Shown piece by piece: positions 10,092-18,030 of a stretch of 64,000 nucleotides of DNA. A model generated the notes under the pieces. The model had not been told where the DNA came from and searched no databases. It was given only the letters and a program-made list of their open reading frames with translations. The position numbers were made by a program, and so were the translations under genes. The DNA is from Patescibacteria group bacterium (lineage in GTDB: Bacteria > Patescibacteriota > JAUYIX01 > JBHPHK01), in contig JBHPHK010000003.1 in assembly GCA_042569365.1 (NCBI GenBank), positions 3,047-67,046 of the forward strand, in the 5' to 3' direction. Within the stretch, counting starts at the first letter, position 1. Each line of letters begins with the position of its first letter.

Positions 10092-11174
10092 ATGTTTGCT
10101 TGGAAAAGCTTAAAAAGTAAAGGCAAGAAAAAAACTGACAAGAAAGGCCGCGGTAAATTTTATGGTTTACTGTCTGCCGGAGTTGTTGTCGGAATTTTGG
10201 TTGTCTTCGGCGTAGTTATTTATGCAACTGGCGCTACAAATACATTTGTCCGCGGCGTTACTAAAGTATTGCCTTACCCAACGATTTTTGTGAACGGTGT
10301 GCCTAGTACGTACAATTCTTTTGCGTATTCGGTAGCATCTCTGGAAGAGGCTTTCGAAAAACAGGAGGGGATCAACTTTTCTGATCCTTCCCAGGAGTCT
10401 TTCAAGACAGAAGTGCGCGAAAGCGTTTTGACTCACTTGGTTGAAGATCGCTTGGTGCGTCAGCTCGCAGCACAATACGGTGCGGTAGTTACACAGGAAA
10501 AAATTGATACTGTCATGCAGACGATTACCGGTGCTGACAACGAAAATCTCGAAGCTGTCGAGACCGAACTGGACGAGAAATACGGCTGGACCCTCGATGA
10601 TTATGTCAGTGAGGTTGTAATCCCGTCTTTATATCGTGAAGAGCTGCAGAAAATGGTTGTTACAGATGAAGAACTCAACAGCGAAGCTTACGCTAAGGCA
10701 CTAGAGGTTCTAGAGAAAGTCCAAGTTCCCGGCAGTGATTTTGGTGCAATCGCGAAAGAGTATAGCGAAGGTCCATCAGCAGAAAACGGGGGAGACCTTG
10801 GAACAACTGAGCCCGGCGCTTTCGTGCCAGAGTTCGAGGAAGCTGCTCGCGCATTAGAGCCGAGTGGAATATCTGGAATCGTGAAGACTCAGTATGGTTT
10901 TCATATTATCAAAGTGGTAGATAGGGATGGCGACTCTATGCACACTCGCCATATCTTGATCCAGGGCTTAGATTTTGAGAACTGGTTTTATGAGAAGCTT
11001 CAAAACGCCGTTATCTGGCTGCCGCTGTTTGGTTACAGCTGGGAACCAGAGCTCGGCATAGTCCAGGCGCGTGAAAAAGACACCGGACTTGAAGAGGGCG
11101 ACTGGATCACTGGAGACACAGAGACGACGGAAGCAGTTGATGCTACAGAAACAGCCGAAGACTCAGCAGAATAA
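10092..11174 (+). CDS. Membrane-anchored parvulin-type peptidyl-prolyl isomerase (PrsA/SurA-like)
   Basis: 360 aa. N-terminal TM helix and a PpiC domain motif GGDLG..FVPEFEEAA..G.SGIVKTQYGFHIIKV. Confidence 0.8.
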   Translation: MFAWKSLKSKGKKKTDKKGRGKFYGLLSAGVVVGILVVFGVVIYATGATNTFVRGVTKVLPYPTIFVNGVPSTYNSFAYSVASLEEAFEKQEGINFSDPSQESFKTEVRESVLTHLVEDRLVRQLAAQYGAVVTQEKIDTVMQTITGADNENLEAVETELDEKYGWTLDDYVSEVVIPSLYREELQKMVVTDEELNSEAYAKALEVLEKVQVPGSDFGAIAKEYSEGPSAENGGDLGTTEPGAFVPEFEEAARALEPSGISGIVKTQYGFHIIKVVDRDGDSMHTRHILIQGLDFENWFYEKLQNAVIWLPLFGYSWEPELGIVQAREKDTGLEEGDWITGDTETTEAVDATETAEDSAE

Positions 11175-11191
11175 TTTAATAAAACAAGAAG

Positions 11192-11218
11192 CACCCTCTC
11201 ACGCGAGGGTGTTTTTTG
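11192..11218 (+). terminator. Intrinsic terminator after the PPIase gene
   Basis: CACCCTC-tcacgc-GAGGGTG followed by TTTTTT. Confidence 0.8.
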
Positions 11219-11219
11219 T

Positions 11220-11294
11220 TGGAGCCGACGGTGAGATTCGAACTCACGACCTACACGTTACGAATGTGTTGCTCTACCCCTGAGCTACGTCGGC
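11220..11294 (-). tRNA. tRNA-Thr (anticodon CGT), CCA encoded
   Basis: The reverse complement reads GCCGACGTAGCTCAGGGGTAGAGCAACACATTCGTAACGTGTAGGTCGTGAGTTCGAATCTCACCGTCGGCTCCA. Acceptor stem GCCGACG/CGTCGGC, T-loop GTTCGAATC, anticodon loop TTCGTAA. Confidence 0.9.
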
Positions 11295-11319
11295 CGATTA
11301 AATATTATGACTCTAGATC

Positions 11320-11347
11320 ATTGTACTGCAATAAGTATATTTTTCAA
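11320..11347 (-). promoter_or_regulatory. Promoter for tRNA-Thr (minus strand)
   Basis: The minus strand reads TTGAAA-N16-TACAAT, about 25 nt upstream of the mature tRNA 5' end. It sits back-to-back with the plus-strand promoter at 11351. Confidence 0.55.
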
Positions 11348-11350
11348 CTC

Positions 11351-11359
11351 TGTTATACT
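11351..11359 (+). promoter_or_regulatory. Extended -10 element (TGtTATACT) ending 9 nt before ATG 11369
   Basis: TG at 11351-11352, TATACT at 11354-11359. No SD between the -10 and the ATG. Confidence 0.45.
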
Positions 11360-11368
11360 TAAAGAGTT

Positions 11369-11671
11369 ATGGCAACTAAATTTGCTCAAAAAGTTTATAG
11401 GGCGCTTGCTAAGGTTCCAAAAGGGAAAGTGACAACTTATGGAAAGTTGGCGCGGATAGCTGGGAGTCCAGGTGCAGCGCGTGCTGTAGGCAGTTTAATG
11501 CGCAATAATCAGCATCCTGAAATTTATCCGTGCTATAAAGTGGTCTTAAGCGATGGGCGCGTCGGGTCTTACAGTGGGCCAGGCGGTCAGGCTAAAAAAA
11601 TAAAATTACTGCGGCGTGATGGAATAGTAATCGAATCCGGCCGGATAAATAAGCTAGACCAGTTTGTATAA
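11369..11671 (+). CDS. MGMT-family protein (methylated-DNA-protein-cysteine methyltransferase DNA-binding/active-site domain only)
   Basis: 100 aa. VPKGKVTTYGKLA...AVG.....N...I.YPCYKVV..DG..G.Y matches the Ogt/Ada C-terminal domain, but the PCHR motif reads PCYK. Confidence 0.7.
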   Translation: MATKFAQKVYRALAKVPKGKVTTYGKLARIAGSPGAARAVGSLMRNNQHPEIYPCYKVVLSDGRVGSYSGPGGQAKKIKLLRRDGIVIESGRINKLDQFV

Positions 11672-11699
11672 AACAACCTTTTTATTTATCATTTGAAAA

Positions 11700-11708
11700 T
11701 GGTATAAT
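11700..11708 (+). promoter_or_regulatory. Extended -10 promoter (TGgTATAAT) for the PIN / zinc-ribbon / prfB unit
   Basis: Perfect TATAAT at 11703-11708 with TGn immediately upstream. Weak -35. Confidence 0.5.
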
Positions 11709-11733
11709 ACTTGATGAACGAGGCGTTTTTCTT

Positions 11734-12171
11734 ATGGCTGCTTTACGCATAATTATCGATACGAATATACTAATTGGCTCTGCTATGGATGAGGATAGTG
11801 CCGAGGCGCGTCTTATTCGTCTAGTTTTAGCGGGCTATTTGAAGCCTCTGATCACCAATAGAATTCGCCGTGAAAATACGAAAATAATCAGGCGTAAATT
11901 CCGCAATGAAGATCCGGAAGCACGCAAAACTTTAGAACGCGTCTTCCTGGAAGCAGAAGAGGTCCAGCAAAAGTCCAATTTGCGAGGTATTACCGAAGAC
12001 CGCGATGATGATAAGTTTATAGAAGCGGCAGTTGACGGAGACGCAGACTATATCATCACCAACGATCATCATCTCTTAGATCTGCATAATATTGAAGGCA
12101 CCGAAATTCTGACAGCACGAGATTTCCTGCAAGCATATTTCGATATTAACCCTAACTTAAAAAACATTTAA
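11734..12171 (+). CDS. PIN-domain protein (putative toxin-antitoxin-type PIN nuclease family)
   Basis: 145 aa. IIDTNILI at the N-terminus, and DDKFIEAAVDGDADYIITNDHHLL typical of the stand-alone PIN family. Confidence 0.7.
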   Translation: MAALRIIIDTNILIGSAMDEDSAEARLIRLVLAGYLKPLITNRIRRENTKIIRRKFRNEDPEARKTLERVFLEAEEVQQKSNLRGITEDRDDDKFIEAAVDGDADYIITNDHHLLDLHNIEGTEILTARDFLQAYFDINPNLKNI

Positions 12172-12179
12172 TCTCCCAT

Positions 12180-12719
12180 ATGGCATTCTTCAACTTTTCA
12201 CCTAAACGTAAAAATATTAAAGCCGACAGTAGTAATGAACGGCGCTTGAAAATCAACGAGCCGGTCACGGCCGCACCCGGATCTAATCTGTATTGCCCTG
12301 GTTGTCATTCAGTTTATTATAAAAAAGCCTGGCATAACAATCCGCAGCTGTTTGAAGAGGTGTCGCAGGATTCAAATAACGCTCAGCAATGTCCCGCCTG
12401 CCAACGCATCAAGGATAACACTCCGCTGGGCATTTTGACTTTAGAAAATATCGAAGATGCAGAGCATCGCCAAATGCTGATCAATACCATTGAAAACATT
12501 GGAGAACGAGCCCAGGCGCGTGACTCTCAGGAACGTATTATGAAGATAGAAGAAACTGGCAATAAGTTGGAGGTTTACACGACCGAAAACCAACTTGCGG
12601 CCGGCATCGGACGCCAGATTAAAAAAGCGTTTGGTGGCAAGCTTCAGATAGACTTTTCACAACAGCGCCATCATGACAGTCTGGCACGTGTTACCTGGAA
12701 ACACACCCCCAAAAATTAA
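12180..12719 (+). CDS. Hypothetical zinc-ribbon protein (CPGC...CPAC); resembles NMD3-related bacterial proteins from memory only
   Basis: 179 aa. Two CxxC pairs 36 residues apart. The stop overlaps the prfB ATG (TAATG). Confidence 0.4.
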   Translation: MAFFNFSPKRKNIKADSSNERRLKINEPVTAAPGSNLYCPGCHSVYYKKAWHNNPQLFEEVSQDSNNAQQCPACQRIKDNTPLGILTLENIEDAEHRQMLINTIENIGERAQARDSQERIMKIEETGNKLEVYTTENQLAAGIGRQIKKAFGGKLQIDFSQQRHHDSLARVTWKHTPKN

Positions 12720-13823
12720 TGGCGACTTTAGCTAAACAAATCGAAGAATTGCTTGCGCGGATTAAGTCCACGCGAGACTGTCTTTGACCTAAGTCAGCAA
12801 AAGCAAAAACTTCTAGAACTGCAAGAGCAGATGACCGCTGCTGGCTTTTGGGATGATCAGAAAAAAGCGCAAACAGTAAGTCGCGAAGCAGCACGCTTAG
12901 AGGAAACATTGCAGCTCTGGGAAGGACTAGAGAAACAGAGTCAGGACTTGCAAGATATATCTAAACTGGCCGAAGGGGAAAAAGATGCTGAACTTACAAA
13001 GGAGGCGGAAGAAAAGCTAAAGGAGCTTAAAAAAATGTTTGAAGAGAAAGAGGTTGAAGCTCTCTTAAATGAGCCATATGATCAAAACAATGCTATCGTT
13101 GCGCTGCACGCTGGGACAGGCGGCACCGACGCGCAGGATTGGGCTGAAATGCTGATGCGCATGTACTTACGTTTTGCAGATAAAGAAAAGCTGAAAATTA
13201 GCGTAGCCGAAGTATCCAGTGGTGAAGAAGCGGGGATTAAGAGCGCAGTTTTACATGTCAAAGGAGATTTGGCGTACGGCAAACTGAAAGCTGAGAATGG
13301 AGTGCACCGGCTCGTGCGTCTCTCGCCATTTAACGCGGACCAATTGCGCCAAACTTCATTTGCGCTTGTAGAAGTTTTACCAGAGATAGGGGACGTCGCC
13401 GAAATCGAAATCCAGCCTGATGAACTGCGGGTTGATACTTATAGAGCAAGCGGTAAGGGAGGACAGCATCTCAATAAAACCGACTCAGCGGTTCGGATTA
13501 CCCATATGCCGACCGGTCTGGTGGCGGCGAGCCAAAGCGAGCGCAGCCAAGCTCAAAACAAAGAACAAGCCCTTACGATTTTGCGTTCCAAGCTACACCA
13601 GAAATATGAACAAGAAAAACAGCAGGAAAAACAAAAAATTCGCGGTGAATATACAGAGGCTGTTTGGGGCAATCAGATCCGATCCTACGTCTTACATCCG
13701 TATAAAATGGTTAAAGACCACCGTACAAAGTATGAGACAGCGAACGCTGAGAATGTTCTGGACGGGGACTTAGGCAAATTTATTGAAGCCTATCTACGCT
13801 GGAGGGCTAAATGCGCAATTTAG
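12719..13823 (+). CDS. prfB: Peptide chain release factor 2, made by a programmed +1 ribosomal frameshift
   Basis: Frame 0 reads ATG 12719...TGT CTT TGA (stop 12785-12787). The +1 frame continues GAC CTA AGT... to 13823. The product carries SPF (RLSPFN) and GGQ (SGKGGQHLN) motifs. The ORF-track start 12753 is an artefact of the shift. Confidence 0.9.
12782..12788 (+). promoter_or_regulatory. prfB +1 frameshift site CTT TGA C
   Basis: Identical to the canonical autoregulatory RF2 slippery site (CUU UGA C). Confidence 0.9.
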
Positions 13824-13892
13824 GCCAGAAAACACTAGTGAAGTTCTAGAAGACCGGTTATAATGTATAAACACGCTAAAATATAAAAATTC

Positions 13893-14573
13893 GTGATTAA
13901 ACTCGAAAAGGTTACAAAAAAATACGGCGACGATGCGCCCGCGCTAGACAGTCTGGATCTAACTATTGAGTCAGGCGAATTTTTGTCTATTGTTGGGCAG
14001 AGCGGAGCAGGGAAGTCTACTCTTGTACGCTTATTGATAGCGGAGGAACGACCAACGGACGGTACGATTGTAATAGACGACTGGCAGGTCGATAGTATCT
14101 TGCCAAATAACATTCCATTTTTTAGGCGGCAGATAGGTGTTGTCTTCCAAGATTTCAAATTATTGCCCAATAAAACTGTATCCGAAAACACCTCATTTGC
14201 TCTCGAGGTTCAAGGTATGCCCGATAATAAAATAACTATAGAAGTCGAACGAGTCCTAGAGATGGTTGGTCTATCAGGAAAAGCGTTGGCTTTCCCAGAG
14301 CAACTGTCTGGCGGAGAACAACAGCGTGTCGCGATTGCGCGCGCACTCGTACACCAGCCAAAGATTCTTATCGCAGATGAGCCAACTGGTAATCTTGACT
14401 TACTAAATTCCTGGGAGATCATGCAGCTGCTTTTGCGGATTAACGAGATCGGCACAACGGTGATTATGGTGACCCACAACGCGGATGTCGTAAACGAGCT
14501 GCGCAAGCGAGTGGTCACATTGGATCAGGGTAAAATAGTCCGCAACCAAAAAGTGGGCCGCTACAAACTTTAA
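13893..14573 (+). CDS. ftsE: Cell division ATP-binding protein FtsE
   Basis: 226 aa, GTG start. Walker A GQSGAGKST, ABC signature LSGGEQQRVAIARAL, Walker B ILIADEPTGNLD. Located immediately upstream of ftsX. Confidence 0.9.
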   Translation: MIKLEKVTKKYGDDAPALDSLDLTIESGEFLSIVGQSGAGKSTLVRLLIAEERPTDGTIVIDDWQVDSILPNNIPFFRRQIGVVFQDFKLLPNKTVSENTSFALEVQGMPDNKITIEVERVLEMVGLSGKALAFPEQLSGGEQQRVAIARALVHQPKILIADEPTGNLDLLNSWEIMQLLLRINEIGTTVIMVTHNADVVNELRKRVVTLDQGKIVRNQKVGRYKL

Positions 14574-14578
14574 ATATT

Positions 14579-15508
14579 ATGTCTAACTACCGCGTACAAG
14601 TACCAAGATTGTTCCGCTATGGACTCCAGAACTTCTGGCGCAATATTGGCCTATCGATTGCCACAACATTTGTGATGGTCTTGACGCTCTTGATGATCGG
14701 CACGCTGGTTTCCTTGAATCTCGTAGCCAATGACGCGATCTCTTCAGTTGAAGAGCGCATCGACATTACAGTGTATTTGGATCCGGTCTTAACGGAGGTG
14801 CAGGTTATTGAGCTGCAGGCTGAGATCGAGCAGTTCACAGAAGTCAGCAGCGTTAAATACATCACCAAGGAAGCCGCGCTCGATATTTTCACAGAAGCAC
14901 ACGTCGGCAATGAAATCATCAGTGCTTCACTTGAAGAGCTTTCCGATAATCCTCTCGAGGCATCGCTGGTCGTTAATGCGACTCGCACGGACTCATATGA
15001 AGAGCTGAGCAAGAGGTTGGAGAATCATGCTCTGGCGAGCTTTTTTACCAGAATAACTTATGAGGATAACCGCGATATTATCCAGCGCTTAGAGAAGACG
15101 ACTAGCTGGGCAAGGATTGCCGGTATTACCATTAGCGGAATCTTTGCCGTGATTGCTCTACTTGTGATTTACAATACTGTGCGCCTGACGATATTTTCGC
15201 GTCGTGAAGAGATATCGATCATGAAGCTTGTGGGCGCGACCAATAGTTTTATTCGTGCTCCGTTTTTGATCGAAGGAACGTTGTACGGCTTGGTAGCTGC
15301 CTTGATTTCATTTATTGTACTGTATCCGTTTTTGCGGGGACTCTCTCCGAAAATCACAGAGTTTATCGGCGCACAAAGCGAGATGAGCTTCACCTTCTTT
15401 GCGAGTAACTTTATATTGTTGCTCGGTTTGATGCTGGTGATTGGTATGGTGATCGGAATTATTAGCAGTGCCGTGGCGATCAAGCGTTATTTGCGTAAAA
15501 TTTCCTAG
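14579..15508 (+). CDS. ftsX: Cell division permease-like protein FtsX
   Basis: 309 aa. TM1, a large extracytoplasmic loop and three C-terminal TM helices, with the EISIMKLVGAT motif. Confidence 0.85.
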   Translation: MSNYRVQVPRLFRYGLQNFWRNIGLSIATTFVMVLTLLMIGTLVSLNLVANDAISSVEERIDITVYLDPVLTEVQVIELQAEIEQFTEVSSVKYITKEAALDIFTEAHVGNEIISASLEELSDNPLEASLVVNATRTDSYEELSKRLENHALASFFTRITYEDNRDIIQRLEKTTSWARIAGITISGIFAVIALLVIYNTVRLTIFSRREEISIMKLVGATNSFIRAPFLIEGTLYGLVAALISFIVLYPFLRGLSPKITEFIGAQSEMSFTFFASNFILLLGLMLVIGMVIGIISSAVAIKRYLRKIS

Positions 15509-15509
15509 C

Positions 15510-15538
15510 TTGAAAAGTTTACTTATTTGCGCTAAGGT
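15510..15538 (+). promoter_or_regulatory. Promoter for tRNA-Gln
   Basis: TTGAAA-N17-TAAGGT, about 25 nt upstream of the tRNA. Confidence 0.55.
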
Positions 15539-15563
15539 ATTGCAAGCGCAGAATTATTTACAT

Positions 15564-15637
15564 TGGGGCGTAGCCAAGCGGTAAGGCACCGGGTTCTGGT
15601 CCCGTGATCGTAGGTTCGAATCCTACCGCCCCAGCCA
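15564..15637 (+). tRNA. tRNA-Gln (anticodon CTG), CCA encoded
   Basis: TGGGGCGTAGCCAAGCGGTAAGGCACCGGGTTCTGGTCCCGTGATCGTAGGTTCGAATCCTACCGCCCCAGCCA. Acceptor stem TGGGGCG/CGCCCCA, anticodon loop TTCTGGT, T-loop GGTTCGAATCC. Confidence 0.9.
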
Positions 15638-15659
15638 ATTTTGTAACGAATAGTAAAAC

Positions 15660-16250
15660 ATGCAGCCACCCGCAAACACACTAGTTATTGACGTTGAGAC
15701 ACAAAAAAGTTTTCAAGAAGTCGGCGGACAACGGTTTCCAGAGAAACTGATGATTTCTGTTGCAGGAGTTTATTCTTATAGCAGAGATGAGTACCGAGTC
15801 TTTGAAGAATCGGAAATGCCCCTGCTCGAGAAATGGATCAAGGAGGCAGACCTAATAGTCGGTTTTAATATTATTCATTTTGATCTGCCGGTCATGGCAC
15901 CGTATTTTGAGATCGATACAACAAAACTTCCGACCCTAGATATTATGGCAGAGATAGTAGATAAGCTCGGGCACCGTGTTACGCTTGCTAGCGTAGCCCA
16001 GGCTACGCTTCATGAAGGTAAAACCGGAGACGGCCTGGAAGCAATTAAGCAGTTCAAAGAAGGGCGAATAGACGAGCTTAAAAAATACTGTGAAAATGAT
16101 GTGCGGATCACTAAGGGATTATTTGACTATGGCTTGAAGGAAAAGCATCTCAAGATAACCAATCTTTCCAAGGCCACGGACGACATTGTAGAGTTTAATT
16201 GGTTGCAGGAAGAAGAGAAGGACCAAACAGAGCAGATCTCATTGCTTTAG
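15660..16250 (+). CDS. RNase H-like / DnaQ-fold 3'-5' exonuclease domain protein
   Basis: 196 aa. Acidic motifs LVIDVETQ, GFNIIHFDLPV and KKYCENDV in DEDD-like order. Confidence 0.55.
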   Translation: MQPPANTLVIDVETQKSFQEVGGQRFPEKLMISVAGVYSYSRDEYRVFEESEMPLLEKWIKEADLIVGFNIIHFDLPVMAPYFEIDTTKLPTLDIMAEIVDKLGHRVTLASVAQATLHEGKTGDGLEAIKQFKEGRIDELKKYCENDVRITKGLFDYGLKEKHLKITNLSKATDDIVEFNWLQEEEKDQTEQISLL

Positions 16251-16298
16251 GTATCAGTGCAATAATAAATATTATTGATGTTAAGGATTGAATTTATC

Positions 16299-16327
16299 TT
16301 GACAGAGAGAATTTATTGTGATAGAGT
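16299..16327 (+). promoter_or_regulatory. Promoter for the lipoprotein gene at 16443
   Basis: TTGACA-N17-TAGAGT with TGa immediately upstream of the -10. Leaves a leader of about 110 nt ending in ccaAAAGGAGGtaagtcaaATG. Confidence 0.55.
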
Positions 16328-16442
16328 ATGCTGTTGTCAGCTCTAAGTAAATGCATTTAAGAGCATATCGTGGAACTGATAATATGCAAATTAACAAACA
16401 CAACTGATTTGACCTAATCCAAGCCAAAAGGAGGTAAGTCAA

Positions 16443-17327
16443 ATGAAACTCAGATTATTATTTCTCTTTGTGGTTGCTTTTTTAAGTCTGGCGTTGCTTT
16501 CTGGCTGCATAAGAGCTGGAAAAAACACAGTAACGGGCCCCTCTGATTTTATTGGAGGACAAGTAATTGATACACCCGGAAAGATCACCGCAGGATCTCA
16601 TGCTGGAATGAGCACTATCGCTTTGTGGGTTGAAGAAGAAAGTGCTACACGCTTTTCTGAACTCATATTTGAAGGAGCTCCCGGATCAGAGGATTGTATC
16701 GGCAGTTATAGAATTAGTGGGGGGATTAGCGACGAACCAATCCAGGATGGTCTTTGGCTAGTAAGCTTCAATACTACCAATCTTTTAGATCTCCATTCTG
16801 ACACTCGCTGGCGACACACCTTTATCGATCCTTTGACACATGATCGACTGGGAACCGCACTAATTACATTACCGTCCGCATACACTGTCTATGATGAGAG
16901 TACCTTTGCTTTGAGATATTCTTATGAAAGATATCAGCAAGGCCTTGGTATACTTTGTCCTCCTGAAAACTTAAGTGTATTCACGGTGGACGGCGGCAGC
17001 AGTTATGATGTAACGCAGTTCAGTTTGATGGTCGAAACTGGCGATGAATTCAAGTATACAACAGTACGATTAATGGATCCGACCGGAATTCTGCCACCGT
17101 ACGACATACCAGTGCAATACAACAATACGACGCCCAAAGACTTTCAAACAGGCTGGTGGTATATGGCATTCAGAGCGTTGCCCGACGCTGAAATCGACAG
17201 GCGTTGGCAGTTTGACTTTCTGGATGGCATGGGCGAGATACTAAACCCATCACGACTAGAGATCAGAACAACCGATATGGTCACTATTGTAGATGGTCAC
17301 TTCGCCCTTGTAGAGCATGTGCCCTAA
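16443..17327 (+). CDS. Lipoprotein with two tandem beta-sandwich-like repeats (distant member of the RWxFxF family at 26751 and 27737)
   Basis: 294 aa. Signal peptide with lipobox LLSG|C and a strong SD. Repeat motifs GLWLVSFN..DTRWRHTFIDP and GWWYMAFRALPDAEIDRRWQFDFLD..HFALVEH. Confidence 0.6.
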   Translation: MKLRLLFLFVVAFLSLALLSGCIRAGKNTVTGPSDFIGGQVIDTPGKITAGSHAGMSTIALWVEEESATRFSELIFEGAPGSEDCIGSYRISGGISDEPIQDGLWLVSFNTTNLLDLHSDTRWRHTFIDPLTHDRLGTALITLPSAYTVYDESTFALRYSYERYQQGLGILCPPENLSVFTVDGGSSYDVTQFSLMVETGDEFKYTTVRLMDPTGILPPYDIPVQYNNTTPKDFQTGWWYMAFRALPDAEIDRRWQFDFLDGMGEILNPSRLEIRTTDMVTIVDGHFALVEHVP

Positions 17328-17334
17328 ATATAAC

Positions 17335-17390
17335 AAACGGTTCTCGTAATTATTCTATGTAATATAGAAGAATACGAGAACCGTTTTTTA
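17335..17390 (+). terminator. Strong intrinsic terminator
   Basis: AAACGGTTCTCGTAATTATTCT...AGAAGAATACGAGAACCGTTTTTT, a long near-perfect hairpin plus a T-run. Confidence 0.85.
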
Positions 17391-17401
17391 ATTGTCTTAA
17401 T

Positions 17402-17430
17402 TTGAGGCAAGTAGCATTATCGACTATAAT
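17402..17430 (+). promoter_or_regulatory. Promoter for the 17457 / 17644 / lgt unit
   Basis: TTGAGG-N17-TATAAT. Confidence 0.55.
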
Positions 17431-17456
17431 AGAGTTAAGGCTATTAAATAATACGC

Positions 17457-17654
17457 ATGAAAAACACGATTCAATTCGCCTGGGTCTCCGTACTGGCGGG
17501 TATCTGGCTTATAATTGCACCATTTATCTTAAGCTATTCTGATAGAGGCGCGACAACAAATGACATCATTATTGGTGCTGTGATCATCGTAATTGGTCTA
17601 GTGACGTTATCCGGAGAACGATATATTGAAGGCAAACAAGACGATGACAAATAA
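17457..17654 (+). CDS. Small two-TM membrane protein (SPW-repeat-like)
   Basis: 65 aa: WVSVLAGIWLIIAPFIL...NDIIIGAVIIVIGLVTL. Confidence 0.4.
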   Translation: MKNTIQFAWVSVLAGIWLIIAPFILSYSDRGATTNDIIIGAVIIVIGLVTLSGERYIEGKQDDDK

Positions 17655-18030
17655 ACCTTCTGACCAGAAATTTGCATTTCCCTCTTGGTTGAAGGTGGTT
17701 TTTACTATTGCTCTAATAGTCTTTCTGGGAACATTAATAATGTGGCCACTCGTAAGGATGGCAAAAGAGGGGATTGTCCGGTCCCAGGAAACTGACTCAG
17801 ATCTCGTCAATGAACTGCGGGAAGCAAGGCCTCTAGGTGTTGATGAGAATGATCTATCAGCACAAGTGAATTCTACTGATACAGAAGAGTGGAGCGATCA
17901 AGATGAAGACGGGCTCTCAGATCAGGAAGAGGAAACGATCGGCACAGACCCACAAAACCCAGACACAGATGATGACGGCTACAGTGATTTGGTAGAAGTA
18001 AATAGCGGCAATAATCCGCTCCAACTCTAA
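17644..18030 (+). CDS. Membrane-anchored acidic protein with thrombospondin type-3-like Ca-binding repeats
   Basis: One TM helix, then DQDEDGLSDQEEETIGTDPQNPDTDDDGYSDLVE (DxDxDG repeats). ATG 17644 is preferred over 17626; either start is possible. Confidence 0.5.
   Translation: MTNKPSDQKFAFPSWLKVVFTIALIVFLGTLIMWPLVRMAKEGIVRSQETDSDLVNELREARPLGVDENDLSAQVNSTDTEEWSDQDEDGLSDQEEETIGTDPQNPDTDDDGYSDLVEVNSGNNPLQL

Noticed and set aside
11071-11283. 70-aa plus-strand ORF spanning the PPIase 3' end, the terminator and tRNA-Thr.
   Set aside because: It overlaps a well-supported tRNA and a terminator, so it is an out-of-frame read-through artefact.
12753-13823. ORF-track version of RF2 starting at 12753 (MRGLSPRETVFDLSQ...).
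   Set aside because: This is the +1 frame read upstream of the frameshift site. The real gene starts at ATG 12719 in frame 0 and shifts at CTT TGA C (12782-12788).
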